From IMG/VR virus record IMGVR_UViG_3300030061_003198: a DNA stretch of 64,000 nt. One strand, 5' to 3'. Shown piece after piece: positions 20,436-28,646 of the stretch. The DNA comes from a virus. A program made the position numbers and the translations under genes. Below the pieces are notes generated by a model. That model did not search any database and was not told where the DNA came from. It saw nothing but the letters and a program-made list of their open reading frames with translations. Numbering within the stretch: position 1 is the first letter of the stretch; every line of letters begins with the position of its first letter.

Positions 20436-20464
20436 ATTATAATTAATTTTTTTCAATAATCCTA
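20436..20464 (-). promoter_or_regulatory. Sigma70-like promoter TAGGAT-N17-TATAAT
   Basis: 17-nt spacer; same pattern at three other intergenic sites. Confidence 0.55.
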
Positions 20465-20465
20465 A

Positions 20466-20831
20466 TTAATCTATTTCAAAATATCTACCTAAACCTTGGC
20501 CTATATCTTCAAACGCAGCTTCTAGTCTTTCTCTTAGTTGCGACATTTCTTGGGCAGTCTTTTCAAATACTTTATATGAATTTGAAATTTCTTTCATGTT
20601 TCTATTAACAGTTATACCATCAAACCAATCTCCTTCTGAGAGAGTTACATGATTAGCCATTTCAACCATATGCTTTACTTTTTCACATAATTCTCTAAGA
20701 TTTGTTTTTCCATATACACCTTCACCTAATTGTGAAAATCCTCTAACTGCTTCTAAAAAGGCTTGTTTTTCTTCTTTTGTTATTTTTGGAGGCTCATTAT
20801 CCAATGCTTCCATTAATGCTCTAATATTCAT
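20466..20831 (-). CDS. Hypothetical head-module protein
   Basis: 121 aa, helical, N-terminal MNIRALME. Confidence 0.75.
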   Translation of the reverse strand: MNIRALMEALDNEPPKITKEEKQAFLEAVRGFSQLGEGVYGKTNLRELCEKVKHMVEMANHVTLSEGDWFDGITVNRNMKEISNSYKVFEKTAQEMSQLRERLEAAFEDIGQGLGRYFEID

Positions 20832-20833
20832 AT

Positions 20834-21457
20834 TTATATCCTACATTTTCCATCATCACACAGTATTGATGTGATAACACTATTTACTTTATTATATTTG
20901 TTTAAATTATTATTTTTATTAATAGATTCATTCATTGGTTTCATAAATGCGCCATTAGTTGATGGATTTGAAACAAAGTCCCAACATATCAATTCAAAAT
21001 CTTCTTGAACTTCTACTGCTGATTCTTTATATAATTCTTTAACACTACCTAACCCTCTACTTGATATTCCTAATGTAATACCAGACTTAAATAATGATTT
21101 TAATATATTTCCAGACGGAGTATCTAGTACTTGAACTGCTCCCATTAAATCATCATTATTCCACCAAATTTTTAATACATTATGAGATACATTATTTAAA
21201 TTAACTACTGATGATTCTGGATGGTCTAATTCTCCTAAAGCTCTATGTTGGTCAATATATTCTTTTTGGTACCTTTGGCATTCTCGAGCTAATATATGTT
21301 TTGGATATATCCTACCATTTTGATTTTTAGCTCCTGCTCTCTGTAATACGCCTTGGACAACCATTCCGCCAGGAACTCCAAATTTGGCTCCATTTGATTC
21401 TGTTAATGAACCAATTGGGCTAAATGGCATATATTCTACTAATAAAGCTTTTGACAT
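20834..21457 (-). CDS. gp21: Prohead core protease (T4 gp21 family)
   Basis: NQNGRIYP, ALGELDHP, VSH, LGISSRGLGS, DFVSNPS motifs. Confidence 0.95.
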   Translation of the reverse strand: MSKALLVEYMPFSPIGSLTESNGAKFGVPGGMVVQGVLQRAGAKNQNGRIYPKHILARECQRYQKEYIDQHRALGELDHPESSVVNLNNVSHNVLKIWWNNDDLMGAVQVLDTPSGNILKSLFKSGITLGISSRGLGSVKELYKESAVEVQEDFELICWDFVSNPSTNGAFMKPMNESINKNNNLNKYNKVNSVITSILCDDGKCRI

Positions 21458-21458
21458 A

Positions 21459-22151
21459 TTATTCTCCTAAACTCCTGATACGTTCTGATATTTTTAATAA
21501 TCTTTCTGATATTTTATTTAATGCATTATGAGTAGATTTGCCATATGTTGACCCGGCTATACCAGATTCATTTTTTAATCTAGATGTATATCTAACCAAT
21601 TTTTCTATCTCTTGTAATTTTTTTGCTACTTCTTTTATAGTACCATTAACTGTTTGTGTTGGAGTCGATTTTGGATTGCCAGATGCAAATTTTGAATATG
21701 ATTCAATAAGTGCAGCATATTTTGCATCCATTGCTTTTTGAACTGATTCATATTTCATTTTCTTTTTCTTTTTAGCTTGTGCTCTAGTTGAAAATGCATT
21801 TGGGGTTTGATATCCAGGTACGCCTCCTGTTGTACTCATTTCGTCAATTTCGTCTTCTGTTAATTCAATATCAGCTTCAGGATCTTGCTTTTGTAACTCC
21901 AATGCTTTTTGTTCATCATCAGTTTTTATAACTTCATTTGCTGCATCTTTCATATCTTCTTCTGTATCACCGTCATCATCAAGATCTAAGAAATCAGGTT
22001 TAGCATCTTCTTTTTTCATTGCTTTTTTAATAGCTTTATCTTTAACGCCCATATATTCATCTCTAGGAGATTCTTGTTCGCCGTCTTCATCCCAATCACG
22101 TTCATTGATTTCTTTAAATTTAGATTCAATTTCTTTTAAAAATGATTTCAT
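21459..22151 (-). CDS. Acidic prohead core/internal protein with DxDxDG loops
   Basis: DWDEDGEQE and DLDDDGDTEE loops, multiple LxE sites, position upstream of protease. Confidence 0.6.
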   Translation of the reverse strand: MKSFLKEIESKFKEINERDWDEDGEQESPRDEYMGVKDKAIKKAMKKEDAKPDFLDLDDDGDTEEDMKDAANEVIKTDDEQKALELQKQDPEADIELTEDEIDEMSTTGGVPGYQTPNAFSTRAQAKKKKKMKYESVQKAMDAKYAALIESYSKFASGNPKSTPTQTVNGTIKEVAKKLQEIEKLVRYTSRLKNESGIAGSTYGKSTHNALNKISERLLKISERIRSLGE

Positions 22152-22999
22152 TTGTTTGCCTTTTTTAATTCTGTTATTAAGTCATAATAACGCAATAATG
22201 ATAAAACATGAGATTCTTTAACTAAATTAATTGTCTCTACATTACATAACATTTCAGATAATTTATTTACTTTTATTTTTGTTACTTTATCAGTAATTTT
22301 TTTAGACTCTGTTTTTAATTGAGTTTTAATAGACGGTATTACTTTTTCAAAATATAATTTTAATGATTCTGAATCGTTGACGTGAGTAATATATTGACTT
22401 AATAATTCTTTTTGTTCTTCATTTAATCCAGAATATTTTTCATTAAATTTATCTACTAACATTTTATATGCTAATAACCTTAAATCTTTATTTTGACTCT
22501 TAAATGTTTCAATAACTTTATCTTTGTTAGAATTTACTTTTGATGTTAACATGCAATGATCTACAATATTACTTTTACATTCTAATAATTGTTTAGGATT
22601 ATCTTTGTCTTCATATTCAAATAACATATATATAGACGCTAATGCTTTATAGTTATTTATACGTATTTTTGAAATTTTTTCAAATACAAAATTATTAGAT
22701 ATTTCTTTAACTAAATTATAACGTTGTCGTTTTAATAATGATTTATTAAGTTTAACGTGTACATCTTTACATGTTCTAATATAATCCAATGCTTTTGCTT
22801 CTGATACAAATTGTTCCTTAACTAATGAATTATATAATTGTAATTCTTTTGATAGTTCAGTATTTTTACCAAAATATTTTTTAATTATATCAATGGTAAC
22901 TGACTTATCAGACGTCATTGATTCCGAGGTTAATTTTCTAACTAGGATTTCAAAAAGTATCGCAGTATTTTTATATTTAGAATGTTTTAATTTTTTCAT
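22148..22999 (-). CDS. Hypothetical head-module protein
   Basis: 283 aa ORF (KHSKYKNT.ILFE.L start) between portal and protease. Confidence 0.75.
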   Translation of the reverse strand: MKKLKHSKYKNTAILFEILVRKLTSESMTSDKSVTIDIIKKYFGKNTELSKELQLYNSLVKEQFVSEAKALDYIRTCKDVHVKLNKSLLKRQRYNLVKEISNNFVFEKISKIRINNYKALASIYMLFEYEDKDNPKQLLECKSNIVDHCMLTSKVNSNKDKVIETFKSQNKDLRLLAYKMLVDKFNEKYSGLNEEQKELLSQYITHVNDSESLKLYFEKVIPSIKTQLKTESKKITDKVTKIKVNKLSEMLCNVETINLVKESHVLSLLRYYDLITELKKANK

Positions 23000-23020
23000 G
23001 GCAATACATGGTCCTTTTCA

Positions 23021-23029
23021 TATAAATAT
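23021..23029 (-). promoter_or_regulatory. Putative late promoter motif ATATTTATA
   Basis: Recurrent intergenic motif. Confidence 0.6.
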
Positions 23030-23037
23030 CGTTTAAA

Positions 23038-24843
23038 TTATAAAATATTATTTTCATCTAACATTGACCTATTTTTTTTATTGTCATCATCTGTTTCATT
23101 GATAACTTTTGAGCTTTTACGATTAATTTTTTTAAGAATATCAGCATTTTCAGTGGCTACTGCAGATCTTTGTTTTCTAAATCGAGGGTCTGGTTGAAAT
23201 GTCGTATTCATAGCTTGTTTAACTGTTTTCCCACCAGTTGGATCCCAACCCATATGATTTTTATGTTGCCCATACTTGATTCCTTCAGGAGGTCTTCCGC
23301 CTTTATCTTTGTTTTTTTCGTCGTCTGAACTCATATGCAATGAAGCCATATCATGCGGAGTACCATATGAAGCTCCTGTTAAAGTAGGATCATTTCCTTC
23401 TTGCTCTATTTGATTTTGTCTAAATCTTAATTTTAGGTCTTCTACTACATTATTTCTTTCTTCTAACCATTCATCTTCAGACATATTAAATATGTACTCG
23501 TAAATATATTTATCAGAAACTAATTTTGAATCTTTCATAGCAGTTGCCAATTGTATTTTTTCATTCATCAAGGCAACTTTTTGTTGATCATAAATAATAG
23601 ATGGGGCAGTTAGTTCTAATTCAAATCCTATTAAATCTTCTCCTTCATATCCTTGTGAATATAAATGTATAATTCCAATTTTAATTAATTCTGAAACAAC
23701 AATTTTTTGTAGTCTTTCAATTGTTCTAGCAAATCTTATATCCATTGAAGCTAATGTAGATTTTCCTTCAACTCCTTCGTCATACCCTAAAAATGGTTTT
23801 GGAATTTTCAAAGCTGCCATCATTTTATGTTTTACATAATCAATATCTTCTATTCCAGTAAATGTCATTCCTGGGAGTGTATCAATTTGTGTTTGGCTAT
23901 TTCCGCCTCTGACAGGTAAATAATAATCTTCTAACATATTATTTAAATTAAATTTAAGATTATAATTTCCATTATTTTTATCTACATATGGAACTTTTTT
24001 CATTTTATTAATAATTTGTTCCATGAATGAATCAACTTCATTTGGTGGAATATTACCAATATCAATTTTAAATACCCGTTTTTCTGGAGCACGCATTATT
24101 CTATGAATAAGCATTGCATCTTCTAACATTGTTAGTTTTTGAAATTCATTTCTAGCTCCTTCTAACATAGATCTACCATATGGTAAAAAGTTAGAATCAG
24201 ATAACAATCTAAAATGAGCTACTTCGAAAACATCAAATTTTAAATTTTCTGATGACACGTGTCTAAATTTAATATCATATTCGCCTGTTGCTTCATCATA
24301 ATCTTCTAAACGTTCAACTTCATATGAAGAAAGTGGTCTGGCATTTAATACGCCTATGTCTTCGGCTATATCTAATTTTAAAAAGAAATCGCCATATTTA
24401 CACATATTTCGGATCCAAGGCCACATATTAAATTCTATATTCAATACATCATAATATAAATTATATAATATTTTTTGAATATGGGTTTTATTTGTTTTAA
24501 TAGTAAGTATATCACCAAATTGATCTGCTAATGTAGATTCGTCAGCATAAATATCTAATGCTGATGATATAATAGGATCTTTATCCATCATTTCGTAATC
24601 AGTGTATAACTGCATACGATTTTGTTGCATGTAATAATTTGAATCATATCCGCCATGACCTCCCATACTATGTCTATTCGAGCCATGTAATCTTGTATAT
24701 CGATCATACAATTTTGATTGGGATATGTTACCTGTAGATTGTAGCCTGTTTGTATCGATTACCTTTAATCGGTCTTTTCCAAATTTACGAACTACTACAT
24801 TTGTAGCAAATAAGTTACTTAAACGTTTTCTTAATGAGGCCAT
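23038..24843 (-). CDS. gp20: Portal protein (T4 gp20 family)
   Basis: YGRSMLE, LEDAMLIHRIMRAPEKRVFKIDIGNIPP, MLEDYYLPVRG, IDTLPG. Confidence 0.96.
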   Translation of the reverse strand: MASLRKRLSNLFATNVVVRKFGKDRLKVIDTNRLQSTGNISQSKLYDRYTRLHGSNRHSMGGHGGYDSNYYMQQNRMQLYTDYEMMDKDPIISSALDIYADESTLADQFGDILTIKTNKTHIQKILYNLYYDVLNIEFNMWPWIRNMCKYGDFFLKLDIAEDIGVLNARPLSSYEVERLEDYDEATGEYDIKFRHVSSENLKFDVFEVAHFRLLSDSNFLPYGRSMLEGARNEFQKLTMLEDAMLIHRIMRAPEKRVFKIDIGNIPPNEVDSFMEQIINKMKKVPYVDKNNGNYNLKFNLNNMLEDYYLPVRGGNSQTQIDTLPGMTFTGIEDIDYVKHKMMAALKIPKPFLGYDEGVEGKSTLASMDIRFARTIERLQKIVVSELIKIGIIHLYSQGYEGEDLIGFELELTAPSIIYDQQKVALMNEKIQLATAMKDSKLVSDKYIYEYIFNMSEDEWLEERNNVVEDLKLRFRQNQIEQEGNDPTLTGASYGTPHDMASLHMSSDDEKNKDKGGRPPEGIKYGQHKNHMGWDPTGGKTVKQAMNTTFQPDPRFRKQRSAVATENADILKKINRKSSKVINETDDDNKKNRSMLDENNIL

Positions 24844-24862
24844 GATTTATCTTTTTATTTAT

Positions 24863-24871
24863 TATAAATAT
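24863..24871 (-). promoter_or_regulatory. Putative late promoter motif ATATTTATA
   Basis: Between terminase and portal. Confidence 0.6.
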
Positions 24872-24877
24872 AACTAA

Positions 24878-26455
24878 CTACAGAAGCCAGGTTAAATTTT
24901 CGTCGTCATGGCCATTATTCCACTTCCAACTATCACTTGGTCGATCTTGTTTGTTAGTATATATTGTTGTATCTGTCTTTTGAAGTTTAGATAAAGCTCG
25001 CTTATTTAAATCAATTCCATGTTGTCTTAATTTTAAACTAGTATCTCTTAACCATAATCCTATTGCATAAGCCATTACTAAATCATCATTATATCCAACT
25101 TGAGCTTGAGCTTTTCCATTAAGCCATACAAATACAAATAATTCTTGAATTAATCTTTTTGATTTTATTATTGGTGTTCCTTCACGCATATACATTTCTA
25201 GTGCTGATATCATTAATGGTCTAGTTCTCGATGTAGTTGAAACCCCAGGTACCATTTTAGTCTTATCTTTCATGTCATACCCTTTTAAAAGTTGAACTTC
25301 TAGATCGACATAACCATCGTCTTTATATGTATAAAATAAATTTTCATAATTTCTATCTAATGCCGGCTGTACAGCAGCCCATCCAATATTGGCATTTTCA
25401 ATTGCTAATAATGCATTGTTCCATTCTGTTGCAACAGTTACTAGCATGTTACCAAAGTCCTTTGGAGGTAATTTACCTTTATATTCAGCTACTTGCGTTA
25501 TAGTTTCTACATCAATTACATGAAACGTTGACCAATCTGCACCGTCGCCACGTGCAACATCAGCTACAACAATATAATTTTTTGTATAATCTGGATATTC
25601 CCATATCCAATACCCATTATCAAATCCACGTTTTTCAACCGGATCTTGACATTTTGATTCAAATTCTTGGAGAATTAAACCATCTACTACAGTATGTCCA
25701 GATGATATAAAGTCACAATCACATTCTTGAGCGGCACCTCGTTCTCCTAATAATTTAGTTTGATCATCTCTCCATAATTGATCTCGTTCTGGGTGTAGAT
25801 TCCATTGTAGTTTAATTGTTTCAAAACCATTAACGCCATTTTCTGCGTCTACCCATGTTTGATGAAACCAATTACCAATACCATTTGGTGTTGATAATAC
25901 TATAGCTCCTCCACCTGTAGATAGTGTAGCTTGGGATGCTACCCATATTTCTTCAATATTTCTAATAAATGCGGCTTCATCCACTATTAATAATGATAAT
26001 GCTTCAGATCGTGCGCCTGTAGATGAACTTGAGATTGCTTTAATTTCTGATCCATTTGCAAATTTTAATGATAATTTATTATTAGTAACAATTTGAGTTT
26101 TTAGCCAACTTGGTAAATTTTCATTCATTATCTGAACTTTACTTACTAAGTTTTTTGCTACGTCTTGGGTTGTTGCTATAACTAAAACGTTGAAGTCTTC
26201 GTTGAATAACATTGACCATAATGCATATCCTGCAGAAAGAGTTGATATACCTAACTGTCTAGATTTAAGAATTACATTGTATCGATTTGCTTGTAATGTA
26301 GATAATGATTCTTCTTGGAATGGAAATAAATTAAATTTTATTTTTCCTTTTATGGGATGTTGAATATAGCAAAATTGTCGCATAAAGTATACAGGATCAT
26401 TTGCACACTTTATATATTGCTCTTTAACAATTTGTTTTATATTTTTTTCTGCCAT
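24878..26455 (-). CDS. gp17: Terminase large subunit (T4 gp17 family)
   Basis: LFPFQ, KSRQLGIST (Walker A), LLIVDEAAF (Walker B), STPNG, DVARGDGADWS, YNDDLVMA. Confidence 0.96.
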   Translation of the reverse strand: MAEKNIKQIVKEQYIKCANDPVYFMRQFCYIQHPIKGKIKFNLFPFQEESLSTLQANRYNVILKSRQLGISTLSAGYALWSMLFNEDFNVLVIATTQDVAKNLVSKVQIMNENLPSWLKTQIVTNNKLSLKFANGSEIKAISSSSTGARSEALSLLIVDEAAFIRNIEEIWVASQATLSTGGGAIVLSTPNGIGNWFHQTWVDAENGVNGFETIKLQWNLHPERDQLWRDDQTKLLGERGAAQECDCDFISSGHTVVDGLILQEFESKCQDPVEKRGFDNGYWIWEYPDYTKNYIVVADVARGDGADWSTFHVIDVETITQVAEYKGKLPPKDFGNMLVTVATEWNNALLAIENANIGWAAVQPALDRNYENLFYTYKDDGYVDLEVQLLKGYDMKDKTKMVPGVSTTSRTRPLMISALEMYMREGTPIIKSKRLIQELFVFVWLNGKAQAQVGYNDDLVMAYAIGLWLRDTSLKLRQHGIDLNKRALSKLQKTDTTIYTNKQDRPSDSWKWNNGHDDENLTWLL

Positions 26456-26835
26456 TATTGAACAACTTCTACGATCATTTTTCCAGTTAATAGGGTAGTT
26501 AATATACCTGTACTAAACCAGATTATTTTATTATCATACCATTTTGGTTTTAGAAGTTTTTCACGTTCAATATATAAATTTATATTATCATTTAGAAAAA
26601 TAGTTTTTTGTTCTAGATATAAATTTTCTAAACTATCTAATTTTATAATTTTTTCTAAATCAGTAATTAAAACTTCTTGTTCCAAAATAATTTTATTATT
26701 AATAGAATCTAAATAATGTAATGAATCTAATGTATTTGATATTTCTATTATTTGATTACTAGTAAAACATGTATCAGCCATTTGGCCAAAAATTAATGCT
26801 GGACTTAAATATAATATAATAAAAAAATGTTTCAT
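26455..26835 (-). CDS. Secreted/membrane coiled-coil protein (possible spanin component)
   Basis: N-terminal signal peptide, coiled coil, KWY then C-terminal hydrophobic helix. Confidence 0.55.
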   Translation of the reverse strand: MKHFFIILYLSPALIFGQMADTCFTSNQIIEISNTLDSLHYLDSINNKIILEQEVLITDLEKIIKLDSLENLYLEQKTIFLNDNINLYIEREKLLKPKWYDNKIIWFSTGILTTLLTGKMIVEVVQ

Positions 26836-27173
26836 TTCCTAGATCTTTTTAATATATTTGCTTTTGCTAATTTAACTGCTTCTTTTTTAGATTTAACTAC
26901 TTTTTCTTTTTTAGGAATAGTAGTTTTTTGTTTTTTAATAGTTGCTATTTTTTCTTTTTGTTTTTTAACTGTTTTTTTGATTTCTGCTTTTTCATCCGTA
27001 ACGTATTTAAGCTTTCCGTCAATTTTCTGTATTGATTTGTTATTTGAATCAATTTTTTGTTTATTTTTTTGTAATTTTTTATTTGTACTTTTTTTAGAAA
27101 AAATAAATATCGCACCGAATATACCAGCTAATATACCTATTATTAATTTCCAATATTTTTTAATCAATTTCAT
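26832..27173 (-). CDS. Membrane-anchored Lys-rich coiled-coil protein (possible i-spanin)
   Basis: N-terminal TM (WKLIIGILAGIFGAIFIF) followed by coiled coil; ATGA overlap with next gene. Confidence 0.55.
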   Translation of the reverse strand: MKLIKKYWKLIIGILAGIFGAIFIFSKKSTNKKLQKNKQKIDSNNKSIQKIDGKLKYVTDEKAEIKKTVKKQKEKIATIKKQKTTIPKKEKVVKSKKEAVKLAKANILKRSRK

Positions 27174-27807
27174 CTTCTTCTTTATCTTTATTTATATTTG
27201 CTAAAAATTCCGCTTTAAATTTTTCAAATTGTTTTTCAACTTTTTCTTCAAATTCTTCTGTTGTCATTTGAGCAGCCCATGATTCTGTTAACCCATCTGC
27301 ATTTGTAACAAACTCTGAAGCTTGTGTGAAAGCTTTTTTTAATGCGTCTACATCTTGTTCTGCATCTTTTAGCCAAGATAAGGCACTTGCATGGATTCGC
27401 TCTTTTTCATATTCTTCAAATTTTCCTTCTACCCGGAGTTTATGTTCCATGTCAATTACACAATCATAACACATACCATGTGCTTTTTTCATTTTTGCAT
27501 CCATATGATTAAAAGTTGTTTTGCAACAATCTTTTTGACAATTTGGATATGAATTAAGATATTCTCGTATTTCTGCAGTTTGTGATCCAGCTGGCCGTTT
27601 AGTTCGAAATCCTTCAAATTGTTCTATTCGATACAGAGTAGTTCCAATTTTTTCTTCCCAAACATCTCCTACTGCACGTTTTTTATTACGGTCTGCAGTA
27701 GATTTACTATCTGAATATCCGTGTGTTTTTCTTGTTTGAAATTTATGAGTGCCTTCAAGCATTTGCTTGATAGCTTTAACGTTTTGTAACTTATTTGATT
27801 TTGCCAT
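27160..27807 (-). CDS. Hypothetical protein with putative Zn-binding Cys cluster
   Basis: CQKDCC...HGMCYDC. Confidence 0.7.
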   Translation of the reverse strand: MAKSNKLQNVKAIKQMLEGTHKFQTRKTHGYSDSKSTADRNKKRAVGDVWEEKIGTTLYRIEQFEGFRTKRPAGSQTAEIREYLNSYPNCQKDCCKTTFNHMDAKMKKAHGMCYDCVIDMEHKLRVEGKFEEYEKERIHASALSWLKDAEQDVDALKKAFTQASEFVTNADGLTESWAAQMTTEEFEEKVEKQFEKFKAEFLANINKDKEEDEID

Positions 27808-27824
27808 AAAAATTTAATTATTTA

Positions 27825-28616
27825 TTATTGTTTTTCAATTGCTCTTTTTATTACACGATTTAGGAATGTAAGTTTTCCTTTTTTACGTGGGGTATCATCT
27901 GCAGCTAATAATTGATTTACAACTTTCATTACCATTTCTACTTGTTGTATAAAATTTTGTTTCTGTTGTAATGCTGTTACAAAATTTTGAACTCTTGTGT
28001 CACCTTCAGGTGCTTCTGCCTCAGCTTCAGGTGCTTCTGCTTCTGGAGCTGGTTCTTCTGCTTCTGGTTCTGGAGCTGGTTCTTCTACGGGAACTTCTGC
28101 TTCTGGTGCTGCATCGGCAGGAATAGCAGGAGCTTCTGGAGCTGCTTCTGGCTCTGGAGTGTCGGCTAATGGCTCCTCTTCTTTTTCTTCTTGCTCTACT
28201 ATAAATTTAGCTACTTTTCTTTTAACAATTTCTCTAACTAATTTTTCTTTTTGTTCTTTAGTTAATTTTTCTATTTGAGTCATATATCCACCATCTTTCT
28301 TAGATAATGTATCAATAAGATCTTGTGCATCATCTTCTATATTTTTTTTAAATGTTTTCATTGCATTGGCTGACATTTTTGGATCACCATCTTCCATATC
28401 TTTAATTGGATATATTGTATCTGAGTCTTTTGTTTTAGGAACCATATTTTCTATATCATCAATAACTTCTTTGTCATCCTTTCTATCACCAGGTTGTAAT
28501 TCTCCTGTTGAACCAGGTACCATATTATCGATATCTTTATCTAATGTATAATCTTTAAGATCTTTTCTCGATTTATGTTTCGTATTTGTTGGTGTTTTAT
28601 GTTTTTTCTTAGCCAT
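27825..28616 (-). CDS. Hypothetical acidic protein with Pro/Glu/Ala low-complexity linker (possible head internal protein)
   Basis: EAPEAEA repeats at about 28010-28170; own late motif upstream. Confidence 0.7.
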   Translation of the reverse strand: MAKKKHKTPTNTKHKSRKDLKDYTLDKDIDNMVPGSTGELQPGDRKDDKEVIDDIENMVPKTKDSDTIYPIKDMEDGDPKMSANAMKTFKKNIEDDAQDLIDTLSKKDGGYMTQIEKLTKEQKEKLVREIVKRKVAKFIVEQEEKEEEPLADTPEPEAAPEAPAIPADAAPEAEVPVEEPAPEPEAEEPAPEAEAPEAEAEAPEGDTRVQNFVTALQQKQNFIQQVEMVMKVVNQLLAADDTPRKKGKLTFLNRVIKRAIEKQ

Positions 28617-28637
28617 AATTTTCTTGCCTTAATTTTA

Positions 28638-28646
28638 TATAAATAT
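28638..28646 (-). promoter_or_regulatory. Putative late promoter motif ATATTTATA
   Basis: Overlaps upstream TAA. Confidence 0.6.

Noticed and set aside
20831-20838. Canonical-orientation T4 late promoter TATAAATA on the minus strand (also 59201-59208)
   Set aside because: Only isolated cases, overlapping stop/start codons or a -10 box; expected by chance in AT-rich DNA
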